From positions 496,001 to 560,000 of the forward strand of contig JAPETS010000012.1 in assembly GCA_026023565.1 (NCBI GenBank): a stretch of DNA of 64,000 nt. Direction: 5' to 3'. The notes below the pieces were generated by a model that worked only from the letters and a program-made list of their open reading frames with translations, was not told where the DNA came from and ran no database searches. The position numbers and the translations under genes are program-made. Shown here piece by piece: positions 14,033 to 26,437 of the stretch (position 1 is its first letter; every line of letters starts with the position of its first letter). The DNA is from Cirrosporium novae-zelandiae. Its lineage: Eukaryota.

Positions 14033-15192
14033 GGCAACGGTGGCGGCAGTGTGTTGTGGATAATGTATCAAGGGATAAAGGTGTCACCGTCTGTTCAGTA
14101 AGATGGGCTGTGGACCGGTATCTAGATTGTAGAAACAGAATCAGAATAGCCGGTCGAGGTTCGAGGCAAGATTGTGTTTGCGGGGGAATGCAAAGTTGAA
14201 AAAAGTTGTGAGCAAACAAGCAAATATAATTTTCAAATTTGATTGCTCTTGAGGCCTGAGGTATTCAAAGATGATCCACCGCGGATCTCATGTAGAAATT
14301 GGGTGGGGGCCGAATTTTCCTTTGCTTTTAATGCCTATCACGGAGTTGATGTGACAAGGCTTCTTTCTTAAAACGCTGTCTACCAGGATAGATAGTAGAG
14401 CAGCAGTATGAATTATTCGATAGTGGAATTATTGAAAGAGCAGATTTCGATTTCGGTGCAGTCTAGGCTGGGTCGGTTAGATATCAGGGTCGATTAAGTC
14501 GATTAGTCTCTGCGTGGAAAGACTGTGGGAAGCCGTCAAAGAGATGATGTATATGGATGATTTGTTTCAGAGCTGAGTGCTAGTTTCAACAAAGCGGTTA
14601 ACGAGGATGATGGATGATGGGAGGCGGTTGACTTGGGAATTAGCGATTTGAAGCGATTGCGGCTCGAAAAGTTGACTTTGTGAATCTTTCGAACGGGTTG
14701 TTGTTTTCCTGAAGTGGACCAGGCGGTGATGATAATCACAGGCTCGTCATCACCCCTCATTGGTTAAAGAGGGGATGGGCATGACCAGTCGATTTTATTG
14801 CCAACAGACAGATTAAAGACCAACAGACCAACAGACCAACAGCAATAATTTACCCACATGGCTAGTTATGTCTTTACTAGACTTATGCTTTGCATCATGC
14901 AATTTATAAATCTAAAGTCAAATCCCTGTCATCTCTATGTACAACTACCTTACAATATCATTTTCTTTTCCCCACATATACACGCGACCACGATGGCTTG
15001 AAAACAGACAAACAAAAAAATAGATATATCTTAGATGGATAATTAAAGTCAATCATTTTATCGAGTAGTTTAACCCTTCCCCCTCCAGAGTCCCTGGAGC
15101 AAAACCTGCCTGCAGCAACTCCGAATATAGTAGCAAAGGTGAGAACCTTATCGACGACTCCACCACCCCTGGCTCTTTTTGGACCCCATCAT

Positions 15193-16261
15193 CTAACTGA
15201 TGAAGCATAGGCAGCCTAAAGTGACATAAAACAGGAACAATGGATAGACAGCAATGCCCACTCTGTTTCGGACCACTCCTGATCCTCCCATGATGCTCAC
15301 ACCGGCCGCCAGCGACCAGGCAACGAGAACAATATAGACGGGTATTCGGATGATGGAATAAACCCCGAGGGCGCTTAGCAACGACGCAATAACTAGAGGG
15401 AATATAGTATAACCGATAATGCAGACGGACTGGAAGAACGATCTAGTAAAGATACCTGTTAGAAGATGACATTGGAGGGAAAGTGGGAGGCATACATGTT
15501 TCCTCCTAAGAGCTTGATCTGAAATGTGACCAAGGCCTCACCAATCCACACGAGAGAGAAAACTCCGGAGAAGACTAGACTTTTTTGGTCCTCGGAAGCC
15601 CTCACGGAGAGTAGCACGCTAAGGGCAAGACAGAAAATGAGAGGTCCCCTAAGGCCACATCGTTAGTTAACATGCTGTGTAAAATTTGTGTTCAACTCTC
15701 CATACCAAAGATCCCAATCCCTTAACCCCTCACTCATACCCCCTTGTAAGACAGTATCCGCATCTGGCCACCTGCCAATAAAGCTTCTTAATCCTCCGGA
15801 TGTGCCTTGCTGAGCTTCACCACGTTCAGCAGCACCAATACCGCCTCCCTGTTGCATCATACCACCAAGGAGATATTTCGGCCAGAGAACTTGCTTCATC
15901 TTTTCCCATACTGCCAGTAGATCACGGGATAGCGTTTCCCAGACCGTTTCATCAATCGTATTCTGAGCAGCACGGCGGTCTTCACCGGGGATTTGAGAAG
16001 TAAGGTATGATCGGGTGTTATTGTTAGAGGATGATTGTATATTTCCTGTCAAGGGGGCTCGATCGGATGTATCTGTAGGATGGAGAGGGTCCTCAAGTCC
16101 ATCTACTATTTGATAAAGTAATATTAGAATAACTTTTTTATCATTTACCATATTAACTTGGTATACGTACAGTCATCTGGACTATCCTGTTCAATAACAA
16201 GGTCGTCGTCATCGTCGTGGTCGTAAGGGCTATCAACAGAGGCACTGGGCATCATAGCCAT
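15193..16261 (-). CDS. Yip1-family Golgi membrane protein (Yip4/YIPF6-like)
   Basis: NTIDETVWETLSRDL, LRDWDLWGPLIFCL, IKLLGGN...SFFQSVCIIGYTIFPL and AVYPLFLFY across several exons. Confidence 0.9.
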
Positions 16262-16709
16262 TTTGAAGTTCCGCTGAGAGCCTTGAGCATGCCCTTGCCT
16301 CCAAATATGTTGTAGTTTTGTATTTGCTGTCGAAATCTAAACAAAAAGATCTTTTGCAATAACTGGTTGACTAAAATATTATATGTAGCTTGGAACCCCA
16401 AAAAGGCCAGAAGCAGCTGAGAGCTCTCCGCCAAGACGGGAGAGGAGACTGGGATGCCACAGAGACTTCGCGTCATTTGTGACAAACCATGAATGAACCA
16501 CGACAGACACTATAATAACGATGTACTGGATTTATATTCTTGAACACATATTATTTCATTCCCATTACTCTCATTATTCTCGTTTTCCCTAAGCGCACCT
16601 TGAACATTGCGCCGTCATAATCAACAGCTCCTACAGCTTCTTTCTTCCATCCATAAGGATACTCCTCTCCTTGTAAGCAGAACAAGCACAAGCATCTTTC
16701 GACTGCCCC

Positions 16710-17741
16710 TTAGGAAGGTGTCTCATAAAATGCAAGCAGGTGAAGAGCCATCGCCTGAAATTCAGCCCAAAATTCTACAACACTCGCCGTACTCCATCCA
16801 TTCAAGTGTCGCAGCGTATCATAGAACCCATCCCTCCCTAGCAAACGCATCATTTCAAGGCAAGTGACCGCATCGTTTTGGTGTGATAATCCAAGCCTGC
16901 GGTAGAAGTTGCGCAGTTTGCGCCCCTGTTCTCCAGGCTGTTCTTTCTCGAGTTGCTCGATATACCGAAGGCATTGTATCATGCTCCTGTATGAAAGAGG
17001 CAGACTCTGAGAGATAATGCCGCGATAGAGCTCGAAATATTCTACCCATGGATGTAAAACTGCATCCTTAAGTTTCAATGTCCTATTGTATAAGACCTTT
17101 ATCTCATTTCCTGGCTTTTTGATCTTCTCTATCCAAACAGCCTTGGCGTCTAATAAGGCATGAATGAAATTTTCGCTTGCTTCGGCGTGGTGATTTATGG
17201 TCTCTTCGGTCACACATATGCTATGATTATTCCCGAACTTAACCCTGTCCATCTCGATCTTGGTTTGTTGGTCAATGATATTTTCCCCTTGGGTAAGAAC
17301 TCGCGGCGTATTCAAGAAACCTAACCAGGGCAACTTCTCATAACCATCCCTAAGCTTAAGAATTCCGGGGGTCCAAGCATATGGTTCTTTGCCTTCAGCG
17401 ATCAGTGAGAGCGACCTTGAAATATTAAGCCAGTAACTTTTGTCATCAGAACAGGTTGCGCTATTCTTGGCTGGGGCCTTGCGCTTGCGCCTCATCAGCA
17501 AGGAAACCCCCATCTTACTCATGAAGATGACGTGCTCTGCCTCTGCCTCAGATTTAGGAGATTCGACCCTCGCAGCTCTGCTGATTTGGTCTTGGCACAC
17601 AAGGCGATAAGGGCCTTTGCCTTTTCCGCTTCCGGATTTTTTGGTCTGAAGCTTAACACCTTGCTTGTCTAATAGATTAAATACTGGTTTGATCGCTTTC
17701 ACCAATCTCTCCCACTCATAATCATCCGTATTTCCAGACAT
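16710..17741 (-). CDS. Uncharacterised 343-aa ORF without internal introns; frame continues 52 codons past its TAA
   Basis: Long ORF with protein-like composition and no recognised cellular domain. See findings. Confidence 0.6.
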   Translation of the reverse strand: MSGNTDDYEWERLVKAIKPVFNLLDKQGVKLQTKKSGSGKGKGPYRLVCQDQISRAARVESPKSEAEAEHVIFMSKMGVSLLMRRKRKAPAKNSATCSDDKSYWLNISRSLSLIAEGKEPYAWTPGILKLRDGYEKLPWLGFLNTPRVLTQGENIIDQQTKIEMDRVKFGNNHSICVTEETINHHAEASENFIHALLDAKAVWIEKIKKPGNEIKVLYNRTLKLKDAVLHPWVEYFELYRGIISQSLPLSYRSMIQCLRYIEQLEKEQPGEQGRKLRNFYRRLGLSHQNDAVTCLEMMRLLGRDGFYDTLRHLNGWSTASVVEFWAEFQAMALHLLAFYETPS

Positions 17742-18515
17742 AATCTTAACCTTGCCCTCCGGTATAACGAGATTATTATTTTCGTGTGTGTGTGTGGTTT
17801 GGAAACCTACAACGACGAAGACAATGGACGAAAAAAAAAAAATATGGTAAGACTTCGTTGTCGCTAGACAACAATAGTAAAATGTTAAGTGGCTTTGTTT
17901 ATCGTTAATAGATAATTAAGAGGATGGTAGGGGAGGGGAGGGGAGGGGGATATGAAGCTCGTTGCCCCTTGAGCTCAGTAGCTCCTCCTCGCACCTTAGT
18001 TCTTACTCTATCTCTTCCCATTTGCTTAATCCTCCTACCCATTATTATATAGTTACCAAGTCCCCGTTACTTCTTTAACCCTACTACTACTCACGCATAC
18101 CCCAACCGACGAAGCCCGAGACCAAAGAGATTTCAAAAGGGAAAGGAGTATGTATATTACCAAACCCCGGGTTTTTTGAAGGCATTAAAAAAATGACATT
18201 TGATACATTTATTTATAGGGAGAGAGAGAGAAAAGGCTTAAATTATTTCCATTACTTCCTTATCATTGAAAAAGAAATTTGTTTGTCGCACACACACATA
18301 TAGCTAACTCGAAACTTGAGAGTATTATTATTTCGAAAAAAAATGATCCCCGCTTTGAATCCAATCCAAAAACTTCCCAAATATTACCCATTATCACTGC
18401 TAATTATTCGCAATCCAGCTAATTAACCTATCACTAGGCCCGAAAGCCAAAAACAAGAAAAAAAAACATCTCTCTACCAATTCTTTTTAGGTCTTTTTGA
18501 ACATCATCCCTTCCT

Positions 18516-20266
18516 CTATGAATGCCAGCCCAGTCGCCTCAAAGCATCTTCATCCAAGCGATTATAGTGTCTTTCATTTTGCGTAGGTCTTTGGACGTGA
18601 CTCCACGTCGGTGGTACCGGCCTACGGACACTGAATACGCTATCGGGGTTCCCGTTCTCATACTCTTCGTCGGAGACAATTCGACGGTTACTGTTGTCCG
18701 CGTAACCGTTGTAGCGATTGCCCCCATCGGCAGTAGGATCCCATATGGGCTGACCGCCGGGGGGCGCTGATTCCCCCTTGGGCTTCCCTCGTCCATACTG
18801 GGCGAGGGCTCCGTTGATCCCCGTCAAAGCCCAAGCGAAGGCCGCAACTTCGCGGATAGATTTCATGAAGTCGATTGTTGGTGGTCCCGAAGCGGCCACA
18901 GGTTGGGCTGCCTGAGCAGCAGCAGCGCCAGCGTGCACAGCTTGTCCGAATGCTTCTGGGTGCTGGTACTGAGCCATGGCTGGAACAATAGGGTCAGCTC
19001 CCCAAGGAGACGCAAATATTCCGGCGGTTTGCTCTGCCTGAGGAATTGGAGTTCTGGCACGGCGGAGGACCACGACGAGACCATCGGAGCTGCAGGAAAC
19101 AACAGCTTCTACTTCCACTGGGGGGTGGCGTTGCCGAGGTGCATTTGGCGAATCAACAGAGGACTGGGATGATTGAGCAGCTTGAGACTGGCCAGAGGCC
19201 CCAAGACTGTCGGAGTACAGATCGTTGCTCTGGCTAGACGATGAATGAGAAGTGCTAACCGTGCTTTGAGCAGCACTTAGACGATTGCTACTCATACTGT
19301 TGTTCCCCGCCGAGTGAAGGTCTGATGATATAGATTGAGCATGGAGAGCAGCGTCTCTAACATTGGTGAAGCCAGTAGCATCTGCAGTATTAGTGGTGAG
19401 ATGCACGCCTCCGTCATCACTACTTGAATCTTGCATCTCATCATCACTGTCGCCTTGGTTATCCTGGCGAGGGTCCCTGAACCAGAAGCGAAGGTAGGCA
19501 ATTGAGTCGTTAGCTTTGGCACTTTCCAAACATCTCACAGCTTCCTGGAGACATTCTTCCGCTATGCAGAAGTAGAAGCTCTTGCCTTTCAGCTCTGCTG
19601 GTGTAAGGCCAACGATATCTGCTAAGCCATCACTAGCATACATAACTGTCAATGTTCGTGTATAACGATTGAGAAAGAGGGCGGCCCGAGGTTCGTGGTT
19701 TGGGGTCGTGTTCTCTTGGGAGAACTTGGTGGATATATATGACAACATGTGGTATCGAGGATCCTTTGGCGAGGACGAAAAGCGCTGCCGAATAACTGGG
19801 GCATCAATTGCACGTTCTAAGTTCAAGTAAGTACATGTACATGTGCTCTTGAATGTGCTGTTGATGTTATGGATTATATCAACTTACTTTGACTTTTAGC
19901 GCCATGTCTATATATACTAGTACATGCTACCAAGACATCATAAACCACGGTAAAGCAGCATTCACAGCCAACATAGTAACCATCTTTATGTTTGATTTGA
20001 CAGTAATTCAGCACGGCTGCTTTATCGAGAGTGACACCTCGTCCATGAATAGATCGTGCAAATGGAATTTCATCTGGATGAAAATATTCATAGGCCGTTT
20101 CGTTGATCACCTCCTGCGGGTTATACCCAAGGATATCCCAAACTGAATCGGAGACATATAAGAGCTTTGCATCACGAGAGAGATCTATATACTTTGTAAG
20201 GTTCAATATTCCAACTGATACAAGAAGAAGAAACATACCGTGAATTGAAATGAAGGTAGTCTCCAT
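18516..20266 (-). CDS. Fungal PAS-domain protein (two PAS-like regions)
   Basis: METTFISIH|DLSRDAKLLYVSDSVWDILGYNPQEV...YFHPDEIP and EPRAALFLNRYTRTLTVMYASDGLADIVG. Two introns (~20238-20185, ~19887-19818). Confidence 0.85.
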
Positions 20267-21585
20267 GATGTAGTGAGAGATTAAGTTGCTGGGTGAAAAG
20301 TAAAGTAAATTGCTGAGTGATGGAATGAAAGGGGTTCAGAGAGCCTTTTGAATTAAGACTGTTCACAGTATTGGGAAATTCAATATTGGAGCTTTGAGGG
20401 CACGGTGAAGCAAAAATAAATCAAGGAAAGAGATCGATGATCGAACGAGTAATGTGTGACAACCTACAGACAGGACCCTAAGCATTGACAAGCTTCTCTC
20501 GAAAAGAAGCTCGGAAACCTGCGGTATGCACGGTATGGTATGCACGGTATGGTACTTGTCCTTGTAGGATTAAGGTAGCTGCAGGCACTTGAAGCTGGTG
20601 CAGAATATGTTAGGATGGAGTTGAATTGAAGTAGGACAATAAACTATTCATCTGTCGGAAGAAGTTGCTAATTACCTAGTCTAGGTAGTTTTTGAAGCAA
20701 TATCTGGGAAGGATTCGGGGATCTAGTCTAATCAAAAGGCCCGAACTATATGACAAGAGTTGAAGTCCAATGTGGATGCAGTCTACATGATAGCTGCCAA
20801 CGCTGCACAGTCCAGTACTATGTATATATGTATATCATCAACCCTCTTGGCTACTAACCCTAATTGAATAGTCTAGTTCCCATGCATGACATGAACAAGA
20901 TAGATATCCATAATATCCATATCTTGCTATGTGATTATGAATTGACAGGTAATTTGTATTCTGACAAATAATGAGAGGATCGGGGGGGGGGGGGGATTAA
21001 ATGGACCTAAAATGACTTTGGGTTAGACCAATTTAGAGGAAGGATGATTGCAAAAGGTTGAAGCTGTTCCATCTGTCCAACGGTGACACTCATCCACCAC
21101 GCGAAGGAAGAGTACGGCGGGTACGGGAAATGCAGGGAAAAAGAGAAGTCCATATGCAAGTGAAAAGTGGCTTTCGGCTGTCAAAGTTAATGCCTCCTCC
21201 CTCCTCCCTCCTCCCTCCTCCCTCATCGCCACTTTGTAACAGAACTCTTTTTTTTCGAACCTCTACCAATAAGGTTCTTGACTATTGTTGACTCTCTCTT
21301 GGCAATGGCTGTGACCTGGTTGTCAGTTTGAGATTAACGAATCATCTTTCCCCGTATCTGGAGATGGCATCGTAAAAGATCTCAACTGTGGTTCACTTTC
21401 CAAGATTTCTCCAACTCCCTTAACTTACCATCCATCTGATTATTTCAACTAGTTACCTAGTTACCGTAGCTAGCAGCTGTTGTTGTCTCTTAGCAGCGAC
21501 GATCTACCGATCCCATACATAACAGTAGTAACTTGGGCTTGGACGACCGTGCAACTTTGGTTGCACTTGTGACATTGCTGTTATT

Positions 21586-21690
21586 AGCCTAGAGCCTATA
21601 GCCTATAGCCTATAGCCAACAGCCAACAGCCAACAGCCAACAGCCAACAGCCAACAGCCAACAGCCAACAGCCAACAGCCAACAGCCTAC
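21586..21690. repeat. 7-bp tandem repeat (AGCCAAC x10 plus AGCCTAT/AGCCTAG/AGCCTAC variants, ~15 units)
   Basis: Directly visible tandem array. Confidence 0.95.
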
Positions 21691-22840
21691 AGGGCAGGCA
21701 GACAGGGCTATTAGGTTGCCTGTACATAAAATGCCACACCGTCCCTATCAAAGTTACCAAGCCATTCATTAATCATCCCCAGCTTCCTGGAAAAAACACC
21801 CTCAAGGACCTCAAACATAATGCCTGCTTTTCCTGGGAATGCATATGTATTTCCTATCCCCCCCCCCCCCCCCCCTTGTCTAACCTTGTCATAAATGGTG
21901 CCCGTTCGTGGCCTGTGACCGGAGGTTAGGAAAGTTTCACCATTATTATGCCCCCGATCAAAAAAAAGGGCCGCTATGCTTTGTCCCCCATGGCTGCTTA
22001 TTTCGACGTCGAGGGAAAACCCGAGGACCAAGGAGTCCGTGGCATATTAGAATTTCAAGCAAACATTCCCATCTTTGGGTCAACCACAAACACCCCTCCG
22101 ACCCCGGACTGACTGCATCATTGCTCAAGTCATTCCTTCTGTAACTTTCTAGCCTTTTTGGCCCGGTACGACTTATTTCGAACAACCTTACGGAGGGTCC
22201 TGCCTTAGTTTTAATCGACCGATCTCGTGCATATCCCTCCCATCCATTAGTATCACTTGAGTTGACCCAGATGAGGAAGTAAAGGTGAAACATGGATTAT
22301 CAGGCAGCCACTTTCCGTCAATGTTATTGCCGGCTTCTATCGGATAGCATATCTCATCTTCCTGAATTAATACCATGCTAAGACTGATCCAGATCAGATA
22401 GTTGATGTCCCTGCCTTGCTGCATCACCCAGCTAATATGAATTATATGCACCGCATTTGATACTGGGAACAAGGTACTCCTCTTGCTTTAATCTATTTCC
22501 CCGATTTAGAAGCAGACCATATGCCATAGATAATTAATCCGGAGAATTAAACCGTCGAATCGACTTGTTTCTGCCATTCTCAAAATGCGGGCATATCGTT
22601 CGGCCAAGGCGAGAATACCTCTCATTCTATCAAAAACATGAGATACCGACCCTCTACCCTTGTATTTGGATAATAGTCAATTTTGGTCTTGGATTGCATT
22701 ACTGCCAATGAATCCCACTCGGTATGCCCGTCCCATAAAAAATTTCATTATGGCGACCTGAATATGATAACTATCCCACTGAAATTGTTTTAGGTGGGAA
22801 AGGTGCAGCTTTTACAAAACCGGAGCTCCAATTTTAGAAT

Positions 22841-23608
22841 TCATGACTTCTCCATTTCTCGTAAAATATCCATTTCATCTTCAAAGGGATCATCATCCTG
22901 TGCTTGATTGGACCTGCCAGGTTGTACTCCTTGTGCCCAGTCCATGGCCGAACCCTCGCCAAGCAAAGCATCTAATTCGTCCTCCTCCGGCGGTTGAGAG
23001 TGGCTGGCATTATTATTTGCAGCTTTCTCGCTTTCCATTTCCAACAGCTGGGAGTACATGTCCCCATCTTCATCGTCCGACAGAAAGAGGTTATTTTCAT
23101 TGTTTTTGGATAGGCTAGAATTCCCCACAGTACTCTCGCCATTCGTGGTGTCTGGTTGATGTGCCTGAGTTTCCCCACTCGTCTCCGGAATTACTGACGA
23201 GTTATCCATACCTGCATTAGCAGTATGTCTTGGCGACTCATCGTCAAGAGCTCTGGGCTTTCCTTCATCAATCCACTCGCGTCTCATAATCTGTAAGCGC
23301 TTCGAATGACCTAGTTTCTCTATCATAGCAAGTCCATCGGCAAATTTTGCCTTGGGATACATGTCATCTAGCCAAAATTGGTACAGGTTTAGTAGTCGAG
23401 CAACATCAGAAAACTGAACTAGTTAGCACAAACAGGATATTGAAATTTAGAAAGTAGGGAATCGATCAACTCACTTCATGCCCTTTCCCTTTGAACTTCA
23501 GTCTATCCCTCGCGAGTCGTCGTAGCTTTGGTATACCTTTTTGCGAGAGTAACCTGGAGGTAGTTAGTTAATTATTATATTCCATATTTTCATATTTCCA
23601 TATTATAA

Positions 23609-23639
<31 letters not shown>

Positions 23640-23887
23640 TAGCCTTACAAATTCTCATCTAGCTTCACAATTTGTTTCCTCTGCTTCGTAACCTTGATTT
23701 CCTCATCGATACCTAACCCCGTTCCCGCCGCATCCCCGGCAGCAGCAGATTTGGTGGTGGCTAGAGGAGGAGGTTTAGGTTTCGAAGCCCCATTCATATT
23801 CGTATCAACATCTTTGAAAATATCATCAATGTCCGAGTCCAGTAAATCGTCCAGGTCATCACCGCCAGCGTCAGCGTGGGAGAGCAT
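22841..23887 (-). CDS. CSM3: Replication fork protection complex subunit Csm3/Swi3/Tipin
   Basis: GLGIDEEIKV...VKLDEN, KGIPKLRR, LKFKGKGHE|FSDVARLLNLYQFWLDDMYPKAKFADGLAMIEKLGH. Two introns; the first contains a (GA)n microsatellite. Confidence 0.93.
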
Positions 23888-24312
23888 CGTTGCAGTAGTA
23901 GTAGGGCCAGGGGCGGCTGAATGTTGGTCCGTTGCGTTTATTAAGAAGAGGGCGTTATTAAAATAAAATCCTTACAACAACAAGAAAAGAGAAGGGGATT
24001 TGGTGCTTGAAATGGTAAATAATAAGAGGGTTTTGATTCAATTAGGGCAATTACTGGGGAGACGCGACGCGGGGTTCTCGCGATTTTAAGCTTAATTATT
24101 ATTGTTTGCATGGTTTGTTTCTCTTCGGGATTATATCTCACCCCATTTGGTTTAGTGTGATTTGGCGCTTGATAGACAGAGCAAAGCAACCCAACTTTGA
24201 AACCATTCTGTGCTCCGCAGAGAACAATTCCATCCCACAACCAATTCTAACATTATACTCTCCCCTCCGTGTGTTGTTGTTGTTTAACTTTTCTCGTAAA
24301 AAAGGCATAATA

Positions 24313-25116
24313 ATGGCTGAACAACATCAAAAGCCGTATGTCCCGGCAAAGACGCTGGATACTGATTATCCGGTATGCTAAAATGCTCTTCCAATCCAAT
24401 TGAAAGCCCCGGAAGACTGACTTGCTTCGAGCTCATTGATAGTGATCCGTAAGAAAAAAAAAATGTTGCTCCTGTTCTCGTTAAATCATTGCTCAGTTAA
24501 TTTTCAGTCATTTCAAACGAGTTCTCAGATATGCCCGTCCATCCGATTATGCGGTTGGCGCCTTCTCAGCTACGCTACCGGCCAGTGTTCTCCTTCTCTG
24601 GGAGAATATATCCCCCTCTTATGTCGGACGTGGTGGCTTTGCACCTGCAATGCGGCTGACAGGCTTTGTGGGCCTTGCTGGGGGGTTTCTTCTATTTTAC
24701 CAACGATCGTCCCGTACGTTGTTTCATTTCGATTGGGGTTATAATATTATATACATTCTAATGTCTTAAATCGTAGTGCGATTCTATGGATTTACCGAAA
24801 ACAAACGAGAACAAGATATGGATATGCGGGAAATGGTGGATAAGGTTAAGAGGGGGGAGCCCCTCTATGGAAAATCCAGCTTGACCCCATACATGCAAGG
24901 TGTTGCGTCTAGGAATTCCAGGTACAGTGGGTTATTCCTACACGTATTGCCATGGTTCAACTTTGTCAATCATGAGCAGGTAAGTGTCATACCTCCTAAT
25001 CTTCCTTCCATCGATATTGCATGATACTAATGTATACATAACAGCATGGTGTGGATACTGCAAAATATTATAGGCAGGCAGAAAAGGAGTTGGAGGCAGA
25101 ACGTACTGCATCATAG
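24313..25116 (+). CDS. NADH:ubiquinone oxidoreductase 21 kDa (20.9 kDa, NUXM-type) subunit
   Basis: TDYP|LIDSDP|HFKRVLRYARPSDY, YQRSS|LRFYGFTENKRE, GEPLYGKSSL, ASRNSRYS, PWFNFVNHEQ|HGVDTAKYY. Four introns. Confidence 0.93.
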
Positions 25117-25255
25117 GCGCGAGCTATGTCAAGGTCATGTCCGCCGGGTAATCCCAATCCGGTATCATGTTACTGATATCAGCGTTACATGGGTATCCCC
25201 ATCTAAACGCAGTGTAGATACTACGATTTCCTATGAAAAGGGGTTTGGCGCATTC

Positions 25256-26081
<826 letters not shown>

Positions 26082-26437
26082 TGAGAACTATGGAGTATGA
26101 GATCCTTGGTTAAAGTAGAATGGCGATACAATGCTTTTGCTAAAAGCGTTCTGCAGGTGTGTTGAAGATGGAAGGTGAAAGCTATTCGCTAAGTTGGTGT
26201 TGGAATACATAATCTCAGGGTCCGCCACTTCTCTTTAAACTTACATCTTTATGTCATTGTTGATTTGTTTTTATTCTTGTCGCGCCTGCTTCTACAAAGA
26301 TGTCTTCAGTTGCTCGCTAATGTCAGTGGTATTTTTTAGCTTCTAACACTTTCAAAAAGCAAGTGCAGTCTTGCTAATCATCCTAAATCTCTTCGCCTTC
26401 AAGAGATGAAGTTCGCCAGAAATTGGCATGAAGAAAA

